Of a stretch of 64,000 bases of DNA, positions 27,601 to 36,286 are shown piece by piece; positions within the stretch are counted from its first letter, which is position 1; each line of letters begins with the position of its first letter. The stretch covers positions 1-64,000 of the IMG/VR virus record IMGVR_UViG_3300027648_000001; one strand, 5' to 3'. This stretch comes from a virus. The translations under genes were made by a program, and so were the position numbers. The notes under the pieces are model-generated. The model was given only the letters and a program-made list of their open reading frames with translations, was not told the origin of the DNA and made no database searches.

Positions 27601-30600
27601 AATCCCGGATGTTTGGCAAGTTACCGGTTGTGGCTCAAGTACTCCGTTGGGGCCTACATCTACTATCACGCAGCTAGAGGTCGTGAATACCTCTAATACT
27701 GTTCAGTCAGCGCAGTTCCGATGTGAAGCGACTTGGCCAGATGGCTATGCGAAATGGGTACTCATCGATATCCAGGACCCGAACTTTGCAGAGTTTACTG
27801 GTGGCTCTTCCACGGGAGGGTTCGATACGCAATATTCGCTTGTGCAGGTAGCCAGCGGCGGTGGAAACAATCCAGCTACGCAAATGGCAACGACGAGCGG
27901 AGGAAACGTCGTAGTTAATACAGGCGCAGCTACTTTTACGATTTCCCAAAGCGGTCAAAATCTTTTCGATGATGTGAATATCGGCGGCACGCACGTTGTT
28001 TCTTCTGGTAATCACGGAGCCAATGACGGTTTGTTATTGGAAGGTCCGGCACCCTCTTTGGTGACCGGTGGAACACAGGACGGAGTTTCTTGCTATCCGG
28101 GTCCGCCCAATATTGCAAGTTACTTGCCGCCAAGCACAGATACTTGCACTACGTTCTATAACTCGAATCAGGACACAGTGAACGGAAGCTGCACCATTCT
28201 TGATAACGGCCCGATGAAGGCAGTCCTTGAGTGCCAGAGCGATTTGGTGAACGGGAGTGGAGGTGGTGGTGGAACAGTTCTCACGGCAAGCAGTTGCTCG
28301 GCGTCGGACATAGCCGCAAAGTGGTCATCCATCACGGGGCCGGGTAATTTCATTATTCAAGTTCCTTCCGGGGCCTGTCCTTACACGACGCAACTAAATC
28401 TTTCCAACCCTCCCGCCAACACAAACATCACTGTTCAAGGCGCGGGAAGCTGTACGGGGGTTGCTTGTAATCCTGGCTCAGGACTAGCTGGGAATTGGCT
28501 CGCGGCATCGAATTTCGGTGACACGGCCACCACTTGTAATTCCTCGGTGAACACTTGCATCACATTCAATAGCGGCGGATCGCTTAACTTCGGCTCAGGA
28601 ACGAATTGGAGTCCGACGAGTTTCGGCACTCTTTCCAACATCACATTCATCGTGAACACCACGAACGGTAACGGCTCTGTTCCGATAGGCGGTTCTATTA
28701 GCGGTCCTTCGTATCGACTTCACCATTTGCATTTTATTGTGAACAGCGGGAACCAAGGCTACGTGATTTACCCCTACCTCTACGGCCTGGTCGATCACAT
28801 ATTGGTAGACGATGCGAATACCGGAACGACAGCGGGACCGTTCGCTTGTAAGGGTGATACAGCCACGTCCGGAGAAGCGAATTGGAACGAACCAACTGTG
28901 CTGGGAAGCGCCAACGAATTGATCGTAGAGGATTCGGTAATTAACCAGCTTTCCACCGGCAGCCCGAGCACGGAAGGTTCTTACGACGCTTACAATGGAT
29001 GCAAAATAACCTGGCGCTACAACCAGACCAATGGAAACACCATCGGTGGCGGGCACGGAACGGACAGTGGAAGGGAACGCAGCCCAGTCATCCAGGAAGT
29101 GTATGGAGACTCCATAAATCCCGGCAGCCATGCGTTAGGCTTGATGGGGCCGCGCGGCGGGATCATAGACTTTTATAACAACACAGTAACCGGGACGGCT
29201 GTCAGTGGGATCACGCTGAAATATTACCGGATTAGCCAGTTAGTCGGCGCGGAAATTGGTGGCTGGGGCGAAGCTGGATGCACGGGCTGTAACTGGACTC
29301 CGATTTCATCTGTTCCGACGAATGCCAACTCCACACTGAATACTCTGAATGCTTCGCCTTGGGCTTCCGGAACTTACGGCGCGAATGCCATCGTCGGACC
29401 AATCCACAATAATTCCGGCCTGAACAATTACCAGAACCAGTCCGGCTCAAGCTGTACTACTGGCGGGACAGAACCGAATCCATGGGGGCAATTCGCAGGA
29501 GGCACTGGTTCTGCACCAACTACTACGGACGGCGGCTGCACCTGGACGAACATTGGAGGGCAAACGACAGCGAGTGACGGTGGCTCAGGATTCCCTGGAT
29601 TCTGCAAAGCGAATCCTGATACCCCGTCAATCTCCAACGCCACTTGCGCCGCCCTCTCTGCCGGGGACGTGGCGACTCGCTACTTCGACTGCTCAAGCGG
29701 CCAGACTGGCTGCACGGGTCAGTATCCTTTCCGTGACCAGCCGTGCGTGGGCCACAACCAAGTGGTGTTCGGATGCTATTCAGGCGGGAACACACTTCCA
29801 GGCGGGCTTTCGGCTGCCACGCTCATGAGCGGAGACAACGCGAATATTCAGTCAGGGAGAGATTATTTCAATAATACGCTGCCGGGTTACCCGCCATATA
29901 TCTATCCGTCTCCATTGCAGACAACGCCGACGATCTACATGCACCAGCGCGTCTACTACACATTCTTACAAGGCCATACCGACGTTCAGGTATCAGTGGC
30001 TCTAAGAAATGCGGATTACAACACAACTGAAACACTTGCACAGAACCAAGTGTTCAATACGGCTTATAAAGACTTCAATTTATTTGATGCCCGCATAACT
30101 CCTAACCTGGCTTCAGGAACTCGTAGCATTTCAATCGGCAATCCAACTGGTGTGACCACGACTTCGCTGACCGCTGGTACGGGCGATGCGTACGTCTTCA
30201 TGGGCTACGAGAAAAACTTCTTGTGGACCGATTTCAACGAAACAGGGCACGAGGATTGTTCGTCTTCGAATTCCGAGCCGGAACTTTGCACAGTCTCACC
30301 GATTGTGCGGGTTGAATGCACAGCATCGGGCGTCCCGATTGCTGCATGCACGGGCAGTAGCTATCCGTACAACATCTACCTGGAAGACGGCGGGCAGATC
30401 CAATCCACGCAGGGCGGGTTTACTCCCGTCACCTGGACTGATTCGACATGCGCTCCAGGTTGGGCTGAAGAAACAGACACGGCAGGTAGCGGCATAATCA
30501 TCGGCATCAAGGACGCGTGCGGGCACTGGCCAAATGGATTAGGATTCTTCTCAGGTGGTGAAGAAGCTCGCATAGAAATGCGTCCGGACCAGACGCAATA

Positions 30601-33600
30601 TCTGCCATACTTAATTTCGAACACTTATTCCTACGTGCAGCCATCGGCGCAATATTCAATTCCCATGGACTTGTATTTCGACTTTTTTACCAGTGCAACA
30701 GCGCCATCGTCTGCGAGCGACACATTCATTGAATTCCAGCAGCCATTGATGGGTCGCTTGCCGTATTACACTTACAACGCTGCCTTGCCGTTGCCGATGG
30801 TAAATGACGTGGGAGACGATGGCTACTGGCAGGGAGTTCCACCTACATCTGCTGGAGTCTCCACGCAGCCAAGATTCGTTCTAGCGTACGGCCCTTCAAC
30901 CATTACGAGTGGGGCCGGAACGGTCACGATACATGCGTCGGGTATAGCCGGAATATCAAACGGACTAACAGCTTTCTTCTATGGTTGCTCGGGCGGTTGC
31001 ACACCGACCACCTTGCCAATTTCCAGCTTTACGACTACCACGATGACCTTTGCAGCGGCAACTCCTAGCGCGGCAACGAGCGTTTCGGTCGGATGTGTGC
31101 CGGGCACGTGTTTGGTTGATGTAGGTACGGCAGGAAACGTAAATAATCAGAGTGGGACTGCTTGCAACGGCACCAATTGGGGGACCGGCTGCGCTTCTAC
31201 TCTTATGTGGGATTTTATCTACTATTTCTGGGGGCAGGGTTCCACGAACCAGATGGACTTTGCTTGGTCGGCACTAACAGCATGGCTGGATCGTGGCTAC
31301 ACAAACTCTTCAGGTGGACAGATGCAGTGGGTTGGTTCGCAGCCAGGTAAGTATCAGTGGGCAGAAAACTTCTATCGTGACCAGGTTGCCAAAGGCTGTG
31401 TTCCACGTTCTGATTTTGGCGGCTGGCGCACAATAGTAGCCGTTGGTTCGACCACCATTGATGATGTCATTTCGTCTTACTACGGCTATCCCGACCAGTT
31501 CAATCCTTTCAATCTTGGAATGCGTCAATTCTGTGACTCGGACCTTAGTCAGGATCACTACCACCTAGAAGGCTTGCCATTCTACGAATTCGTTACTGGC
31601 GATCCATGGATTTACGAGCAGCTACAGGCACAGGGAATGCTCGATGCGGTCCTAAACACGAATATTTCTTATAACAACCCGGCAGTTCTTGCTAGTCCGC
31701 GAGCACCATGTTCCGTTATCCGCGCATGCTCACACTGGCTTAGCACGAATTCTAACGTAACGCAATTTAACGGTGACATCCACAATCCGCCATTCTATTC
31801 TGGCGGCGCTTTGCAGACATCTGCGCTTGCAAACCTTGAGAACGTAGCGAGGTACGATTTCGAAGCGCCTGTGTTTTCATCGGGGTACTCACTCCCGCCA
31901 TATTCGGTTACTCAGGCAAGTGGAAGTACCTGCGTGAACTTTACGGGAGCGGCCGCGATTTCAACTTGCACCAGCGGCCAAAGTGTTCGTGGATATATTG
32001 CTATGGGTGTCAACGCAAGGGGTGGCGCAGAGAATTGCGGTACGGGTAGCGGAACTCCACCATGTAACAACGTTTCCTATCAGGCCGTGAAGTCATTCAT
32101 GGAGCAGGCTGCCGAAGAAGCTCTTTACTTTTTCACGAGCGTAGAGGCAAGTTACCGTAATATTTCTGGTGTGCCAAATCCATCGTGGGTCGCTACAACG
32201 CAAAACGTTGCGTACGACGGCACGTCCACCAATATCCCAGTGCCATTATCGGGAGCACAGATCCAGCAAAGTATCCTGGGAACCGGATACTGGTCGCTGT
32301 ACGAAGACTTTGTGCTTGGTTCAGCGCCAACGAATACCAGTCCGGTATATTTCATTTTCCCTGGTACTCCAACTGGAACGCCAAATGCGCCAAATTCAAC
32401 GCCGTATTGCATAAACGCCGATACGGACTGCTCGTTTACCAATGACCCTGGAACCTTCCAGGGAGAAAATCATTTCCATTACTTCGCAATCTGTCAGGAG
32501 ACGAATTCTATCTTCGATCTTTCTGGAAATAGCTTCCAACAGAAGTTCGAATGGTATATTTCCCGTATGGGCGGGGGTGCCATAAATGAATGGGATGCAC
32601 CAGAAGTGCAGGCGGTCTTGAACTGCATTTTGAACCACAATCCATCTAATCCGAATAGCTACCTGCTTGCTCCGACTGTGGCAACCCTGCAAGATGTTCC
32701 TGTTTCGCCAACCACTTGTACAGGTACTTGCACAATCTCATGGACGCCGCCAGTCGGACTAACCATGGTCAATGGGACGTATTATCGGCTGACTTATTCG
32801 GCCAACCCGATCCAAAACTGGTTGCAATTCTATCCAAACTGCTTGGCCACCTATACCGAAGGTCAGTGCCCGGCAGAATCGTTGATGGTAAGTGCGCCCG
32901 ATAGTAGCGGTGCTTGGCTGGTGGGACCAAACCCATCAACGCCACTAACTCCGGAATATTACACGCCTTGGTTTGCTTCGGTTCCGGTGAATCAGACGAT
33001 CACAGGGAACTCAACTAGCTTCACCTGTCCAGCGGGAACCTGCAATATTGACCTGAAGGCTTATGCCATACCTACGGTTACGATTTTCCCGACAAACTCA
33101 TTGGTTTGCACCGGCAACCCATTTGCGACCACTGTAGATGGGTCCCCAAGTTCGGACAGCCCGTGTTCTTTGACCCTTGATAATGGAACGGCGACTAGCC
33201 TTGCTGCTGTTTCGCCAACGATTGCCGTCACTCTCGGTGGGTCAAGCGATTTCGTTATCACCTCGAATGGATGCAGTTCAACGCTTGCAGCGGCAACGAC
33301 CTGTCCTATTACGATTACATTTAGCCCGACTCTTGTTGGCCTGGAAACGGCGATACTCACGGTCACCTATACAGGCGGATCGGTTACTTACAACTTAAGC
33401 GGAACGGGACAAGCCTCTGGTGTGGTTTCTATCTCACCAACCACCTATAACTTTGGCTCTGTCTCAATTGGGATGCCAACTACAAGCTCGGCGATTGCTG
33501 TCACCAACAATAGCGGTTCAACGATTACCGGCAGTCAGTCACAGAGTGGCACCAATGCTGGAGACTTCACCAATGCAACCGGCTCTGGCCAGTGCCCAAG

Positions 33601-34111
33601 CTCAATTGCCAATACCGTAACCTGCAACCTATACGTTACATTCAACCCAACTATTGTGGGATCTGAAAGCGCCACACTGAACTATACCTTTACCGGAGCC
33701 AGTGGCAGTCCGGTGACGGTATCGCTATCTGGTACGGGAGTCAGTTCCGCGCCCATCGTTTCGTTGAACCCGACGAGCCTTTCGTTCACCGTTACGCTTG
33801 GCAACAATCAGACGTTGCCAGTGGTACTTACAAATACAGGTACGGCGACACTTACCATCTCGTCTATGGTTTTGAGTGATACAACTGATTATGCGTTTAC
33901 GACTATTCCGGCAAGCAATTGCGGCGGATCGGTCTTGGCTGGAAATAGTTGTACCATTAACGTGGAGTTCGAACCGGCAACGGCAGGAACGTTGAACAAA
34001 AACCTATCGATTACAGACAACGCAGCGGGATCTCCACAAGTAATTCCGCTTAACGGAACTTCCAACCTACCAACATCTACGACAACTGGATTGGTTCGGC
34101 AGGTACACTAA
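24644..34111 (+). CDS. giant secreted protein (3155 aa) with C-terminal tandem Ig-like (choice-of-anchor-D/ASH-like) domains
   Basis: Uninterrupted 9.5-kb ORF. Signal peptide MRRNLFILVALLFICPSAHAQS. The last ~350 aa hold three ~100-aa repeats with the pattern C...L....C.I.V.F.P...G. Confidence 0.85.
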   Translation: MRRNLFILVALLFICPSAHAQSTPTWSWNNPPVASACAAPYGIATSSVNCYPFGQYVGCNGQGISGDGTLTATSGAYPCGLPNGSATTTPPTALVEITGTHSPLPPAGATPYRRNWNHGVYIPVAGLVLFKQGGPNCCSATINNSFSWYNDNNSPSIGGSGSAWQLAWTSTLLANSDEPFYVNGCKNYPYTTPTVFSATFCQITISTNGGTQQFWDLVPTIDGHNFTANAVDPCTNPPYTLTTPTGANCNVTPMGFVLWGACGSSPCPTIGGGPATCATAMASGSACFGNSYHVGNVYWTAQYVQLCVVNTSYPINTSYTAHPAYEPNCLIPGSGGPTVTITGSGGGSGAVVSATGAQSAPISNLTIIAGGTSYSGTISCSISGGGGTGATCTATQSGGAINSVTLTAGGGSYSQYMYNPSSGTYQVSFIDTSPANGTGATLTGTTTGTVCTSTTTTTETCWGGPTESPYIEEPHHPYHLWTYDGTDSVVLSAYGAAEGTGFGGTTGNEPYCSDCATPNLTMFKFSGTGNLQMDPTVVCSELSQVDALTPTTGPNAYPPNGIQPCTDASAYGTSPPLSATTPPYFGTDYPAPDVETAAVWDDCNQQFITLGGDGDIQSAFTFNGLTNGTPKLWREQLNAWNNWPSNSPATTGHTRVGGVWISGQCSVYMLYGGSNATIRVNQIFKGTPASGTWIASHSYSKGAEVKDTNNNAEFTTAACASGTSTPSWQAWTSTSSVTPPVTTGDGTCSWTNRGLIDWELLTFTESTLPLGGCPLVPETESGSSPPYSGYSGCVQNGSSYGEPGDVQPVVDLDPDVTAYCPAGNCIIYISQILFPSATNQVWNFNPAAFAGCSYAAMQLSSSACTDTSLLPAWSSINTGSPGPQLMTEGTTEECSGQYYTTGSCHNEGAFNRATHRFDLQISLGSQQLNEVANLYIPPSGFLASIPLAIQPDEWPGGCQPQVNCSSPSPVAITRPANAAVKTFGAVIPDVWQVTGCGSSTPLGPTSTITQLEVVNTSNTVQSAQFRCEATWPDGYAKWVLIDIQDPNFAEFTGGSSTGGFDTQYSLVQVASGGGNNPATQMATTSGGNVVVNTGAATFTISQSGQNLFDDVNIGGTHVVSSGNHGANDGLLLEGPAPSLVTGGTQDGVSCYPGPPNIASYLPPSTDTCTTFYNSNQDTVNGSCTILDNGPMKAVLECQSDLVNGSGGGGGTVLTASSCSASDIAAKWSSITGPGNFIIQVPSGACPYTTQLNLSNPPANTNITVQGAGSCTGVACNPGSGLAGNWLAASNFGDTATTCNSSVNTCITFNSGGSLNFGSGTNWSPTSFGTLSNITFIVNTTNGNGSVPIGGSISGPSYRLHHLHFIVNSGNQGYVIYPYLYGLVDHILVDDANTGTTAGPFACKGDTATSGEANWNEPTVLGSANELIVEDSVINQLSTGSPSTEGSYDAYNGCKITWRYNQTNGNTIGGGHGTDSGRERSPVIQEVYGDSINPGSHALGLMGPRGGIIDFYNNTVTGTAVSGITLKYYRISQLVGAEIGGWGEAGCTGCNWTPISSVPTNANSTLNTLNASPWASGTYGANAIVGPIHNNSGLNNYQNQSGSSCTTGGTEPNPWGQFAGGTGSAPTTTDGGCTWTNIGGQTTASDGGSGFPGFCKANPDTPSISNATCAALSAGDVATRYFDCSSGQTGCTGQYPFRDQPCVGHNQVVFGCYSGGNTLPGGLSAATLMSGDNANIQSGRDYFNNTLPGYPPYIYPSPLQTTPTIYMHQRVYYTFLQGHTDVQVSVALRNADYNTTETLAQNQVFNTAYKDFNLFDARITPNLASGTRSISIGNPTGVTTTSLTAGTGDAYVFMGYEKNFLWTDFNETGHEDCSSSNSEPELCTVSPIVRVECTASGVPIAACTGSSYPYNIYLEDGGQIQSTQGGFTPVTWTDSTCAPGWAEETDTAGSGIIIGIKDACGHWPNGLGFFSGGEEARIEMRPDQTQYLPYLISNTYSYVQPSAQYSIPMDLYFDFFTSATAPSSASDTFIEFQQPLMGRLPYYTYNAALPLPMVNDVGDDGYWQGVPPTSAGVSTQPRFVLAYGPSTITSGAGTVTIHASGIAGISNGLTAFFYGCSGGCTPTTLPISSFTTTTMTFAAATPSAATSVSVGCVPGTCLVDVGTAGNVNNQSGTACNGTNWGTGCASTLMWDFIYYFWGQGSTNQMDFAWSALTAWLDRGYTNSSGGQMQWVGSQPGKYQWAENFYRDQVAKGCVPRSDFGGWRTIVAVGSTTIDDVISSYYGYPDQFNPFNLGMRQFCDSDLSQDHYHLEGLPFYEFVTGDPWIYEQLQAQGMLDAVLNTNISYNNPAVLASPRAPCSVIRACSHWLSTNSNVTQFNGDIHNPPFYSGGALQTSALANLENVARYDFEAPVFSSGYSLPPYSVTQASGSTCVNFTGAAAISTCTSGQSVRGYIAMGVNARGGAENCGTGSGTPPCNNVSYQAVKSFMEQAAEEALYFFTSVEASYRNISGVPNPSWVATTQNVAYDGTSTNIPVPLSGAQIQQSILGTGYWSLYEDFVLGSAPTNTSPVYFIFPGTPTGTPNAPNSTPYCINADTDCSFTNDPGTFQGENHFHYFAICQETNSIFDLSGNSFQQKFEWYISRMGGGAINEWDAPEVQAVLNCILNHNPSNPNSYLLAPTVATLQDVPVSPTTCTGTCTISWTPPVGLTMVNGTYYRLTYSANPIQNWLQFYPNCLATYTEGQCPAESLMVSAPDSSGAWLVGPNPSTPLTPEYYTPWFASVPVNQTITGNSTSFTCPAGTCNIDLKAYAIPTVTIFPTNSLVCTGNPFATTVDGSPSSDSPCSLTLDNGTATSLAAVSPTIAVTLGGSSDFVITSNGCSSTLAAATTCPITITFSPTLVGLETAILTVTYTGGSVTYNLSGTGQASGVVSISPTTYNFGSVSIGMPTTSSAIAVTNNSGSTITGSQSQSGTNAGDFTNATGSGQCPSSIANTVTCNLYVTFNPTIVGSESATLNYTFTGASGSPVTVSLSGTGVSSAPIVSLNPTSLSFTVTLGNNQTLPVVLTNTGTATLTISSMVLSDTTDYAFTTIPASNCGGSVLAGNSCTINVEFEPATAGTLNKNLSITDNAAGSPQVIPLNGTSNLPTSTTTGLVRQVH

Positions 34112-34174
34112 GAATAATTCAGGAGCGCCTTAGCCTCGTCCGTTGCGTTGTGCGGGGCGAAATAGCACAACTGG

Positions 34175-34561
34175 TCAACCGCGCAAGAGTGACCAGGAGT
34201 TCCGGTATTCATCATATTTTCCACGAGCATCATGTGGATACAATGAAACCCACTTCTGGCCACTAACCTTACGCTGTGGGATTACATACCAAACATTCTG
34301 AATCGGAACGTAGATAATAAAGAAGTCAATACTGCCGTCAGGATACGGCCTTTTGTTTCTGCCGCATCCTTGAGCTATGTCGGCCCTATATCTGTTCCTT
34401 TTCTTGACGTTGCAGGATTTAACCTGAACACGATAAATCTTTTCCCTGTTATCCACTAATAGGTCGTACTCGTTCATGGGGTCGCAGGGTAACGATAATT
34501 TGTAACCTTGCTCCGCCAGTACGGGGATAAGCTTGTATTGTGTTAGGTATCCTTGATCCAT
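34175..34561 (-). CDS. putative PD-(D/E)XK homing-type endonuclease
   Basis: YDLLVDNREKIYRVQVKS fits a D...(E/Q)VK nuclease core, like group-I-intron-associated PD-(D/E)XK enzymes. Adjacent to the tRNA block. Confidence 0.5.
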   Translation of the reverse strand: MDQGYLTQYKLIPVLAEQGYKLSLPCDPMNEYDLLVDNREKIYRVQVKSCNVKKRNRYRADIAQGCGRNKRPYPDGSIDFFIIYVPIQNVWYVIPQRKVSGQKWVSLYPHDARGKYDEYRNSWSLLRG

Positions 34562-34602
34562 GGCATGTTATTCCACCGCTCGCTACCCATCGCTCCTGAA
34601 TA

Positions 34603-34679
34603 TGGTGGCAGAGGCGGGATTCGAACCCGCAGTTCCTTGATCCCAAATCAAGTGGGATAATCCGTTACCCTACTCCGCC
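34603..34679 (-). tRNA. tRNA-Pro (UGG)
   Basis: Hand fold: acceptor GGCGGAG/CTCTGCC, anticodon loop TTTGGGA, T loop TTCGAAT, A73, CCA encoded. Confidence 0.85.
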
Positions 34680-34783
34680 AAGCTTTTGCGTCCGTATTTA
34701 CGACGCCATTCATAAACGTATCTCTTCATGGCATCTGTGCATTTTCGCTTGGGCTTCGCGCTGTTTCTGTATATCTCTCATGC

Positions 34784-34858
34784 TGGGGCGTTCGCCGGAA
34801 ATCGAATCCGGGTAACTGGTTCCACAGACCAGCGTCTTGCCATTAGACTACGAACGCC
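34784..34858 (-). tRNA. tRNA-His (GUG)
   Basis: Encoded G-1 opposite C73 (His hallmark). Loop CTGTGGA. CCA encoded. Confidence 0.9.
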
Positions 34859-34860
34859 AT

Positions 34861-34938
34861 TGGCGCTAACGACGAGATTTGAACTCGCGATCTCTGCCGT
34901 GACAGGGCAGCGGCCACTCCTGACTGGCCCACGTTAGC
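34861..34938 (-). tRNA. tRNA-Asp (GUC)
   Basis: Acceptor GCTAACG/CGTTAGC. Loop CTGTCAC. G73, CCA. Confidence 0.9.
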
Positions 34939-34943
34939 AAACT

Positions 34944-35018
34944 TGGTGGAGGCACGGAGAATCGAACTCCGGCTTGCTGATTGCAAAACAGCAGTGCTGC
35001 CACTATCACTATGCCCCC
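34944..35018 (-). tRNA. tRNA-Ala (UGC)
   Basis: G3:U70 identity pair present. Loop TTTGCAA. U31xU39. CCA. Confidence 0.85.
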
Positions 35019-35020
35019 AC

Positions 35021-35094
35021 TGGTAGGGATGGGGAGAATCGAACTCCCGTTGTGGCCTTGAAAGGGCCGTGTCCTGCCACTAAACGACATCCCC
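35021..35094 (-). tRNA. tRNA-Glu (UUC)
   Basis: Acceptor GGGGATG/CATCCCT. Loop CTTTCAA. CCA. Confidence 0.85.
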
Positions 35095-35099
35095 AAAAC

Positions 35100-35173
35100 T
35101 GGAGCGGGATATCGGGATCGAACCGATGCCTTGAACTTGGCAAGCTCACGAACTGCCACTATTCGAATCCCGC
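35100..35173 (-). tRNA. tRNA-Gly (GCC)
   Basis: Acceptor GCGGGAT/ATCCCGC. Loop TTGCCAA. U73, CCA. Confidence 0.9.
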
Positions 35174-35181
35174 TGAAAAAT

Positions 35182-35256
35182 TGGAGCGGGTGGCGGGAAT
35201 CGAACCCGTCGTTATCTGATTGGAAGTCAGATATTCTGCCATTGAACTACACCCGC
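35182..35256 (-). tRNA. tRNA-Gly (UCC)
   Basis: Acceptor GCGGGTG/CACCCGC. Loop CTTCCAA. U73, CCA. Its 5' 30 nt are overlapped by the end of the HNH ORF. Confidence 0.9.
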
Positions 35257-35871
35257 CTTTCTGGACCTTCTCGATGGCATCTTCTTTCTGCAATCCATAC
35301 ATTGTCTCTGAAGGCCGTTCCATCGAGAAGAGTTCTTTTCAAACCTACCAACCGGAATAAAATCTTTGTGAGTCCCACACCACGCTGTTCCTTCTGGGCC
35401 AACTTTCCGCACACAACGCGATCCCCTTTGAGGTTTAATTGGCTCCGGAGGAAATTCTTCTCCGATTAGTTTGAATATTTCTATCCATGATTTACGGTCG
35501 TAAAACTTTTTGCGTACGGCAATCGCTGCCACGACATCAGCAATGCTCATCTGTGTCTTGCTTTCACGCCGTTTTTCATGTCTAATTCTGTGGCAATTGG
35601 CACATACTAACTCGCATTTTGCGATCTCTGACAATAGCCTAGACGGACTGCAATATCGCAGTAGGGCGGCTATAGTTATTACTTTTTCCCCAGAAACATG
35701 GTCAAAATCCATAGCGCATGCTGGAAATGTACCGCCGCAATCAGCACATGGACGTGATTTTAATCGTGCGATTATCGCCTTGAATATATTTTGATAGGCG
35801 ATGTTCTTGGCTAAATAGAGACTTCTATTCGCCTCGTAATGGCGTCTTCTGTACTCGCGCTTAGTGTCCAT
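35227..35871 (-). CDS. HNH endonuclease
   Basis: CADCGGTFPACAMDFDHV...CANCHRIRH. The ORF terminates inside tRNA-Gly(UCC). Confidence 0.8.
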   Translation of the reverse strand: MDTKREYRRRHYEANRSLYLAKNIAYQNIFKAIIARLKSRPCADCGGTFPACAMDFDHVSGEKVITIAALLRYCSPSRLLSEIAKCELVCANCHRIRHEKRRESKTQMSIADVVAAIAVRKKFYDRKSWIEIFKLIGEEFPPEPIKPQRGSRCVRKVGPEGTAWCGTHKDFIPVGRFEKNSSRWNGLQRQCMDCRKKMPSRRSRKAGVVQWQNI

Positions 35872-35879
35872 GTAATCTT

Positions 35880-35955
35880 TGGTGCCGGATGTTGGAGTTG
35901 AACCAACTGTCTTTAGCTTATGAGGCTAACGAGGAAACCGTTTCTCCCCTCCGGT
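35880..35955 (-). tRNA. tRNA with CAU anticodon (Met-type or Ile2-type)
   Basis: Loop CTCATAA, T arm GTTGG/CCAAC, CCA encoded. The acceptor has mismatches at 1:72 (AxC) and 7:66 (GxA). Confidence 0.6.
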
Positions 35956-35968
35956 CCATTAAAACTTA

Positions 35969-36286
35969 TCAGTGAAGCGGTGTTTCGTCAACTTGAGTTT
36001 TAAAAACTTCGGCTCGCGCAAACTGAAAAGCCGTAAAGCTATCCATAACCGATTCAACGAAATTAACATAATCGCGCGTTGAAAGTTTTACGATGAAACC
36101 ATGCGATTTTAAGTCGGCATAATTGTAGCCGGTTTTGCTCGTATTATCGCTGAGCGGCTTCTGTATTACCGGAAGAAGCACTGCTAATTCAATTGTATCG
36201 CCTAAATCACGAATTGAGATCAATTTTACACCTCCGTCCCATTTGGGACATCTTCCGGCTCTAAATACTGTCCGCAGCGTACGCAA
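35969..36286 (-). CDS. hypothetical ORF B (possible -1 frameshift extension of ORF A)
   Basis: ORF track (TTG start). Overlaps ORF A by 61 nt in the -1 frame. Confidence 0.45.
   Translation of the reverse strand: MRTLRTVFRAGRCPKWDGGVKLISIRDLGDTIELAVLLPVIQKPLSDNTSKTGYNYADLKSHGFIVKLSTRDYVNFVESVMDSFTAFQFARAEVFKTQVDETPLH

Noticed and set aside
15991-34111. Many 60-190-aa ORFs on the opposite strand or in alternate frames of the giant fibre-like genes (for example 18426..19010, 20065..20511, 22318..22776, 28595..29131)
   Set aside because: They lie entirely inside long, continuous, signal-peptide-led ORFs. They have no SD sequences and low-complexity Pro/Val/Gly composition, typical of shadow frames in compositionally biased genes.
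34147-34171. Hairpin GTTGTGC-N11-GCACAAC between the convergent giant gene and the PD-(D/E)XK gene, considered as a bidirectional terminator
   Set aside because: The stem is only 7 bp, the loop is 11 nt and there is no U-tract on either strand. That is too weak to call.
34728-35469. Plus-strand ORFs 34728..34937, 34974..35219 and 35131..35469, and minus-strand ORF 34866..35159
   Set aside because: They are translations of tRNA genes and their spacers in the minus-strand tRNA block.
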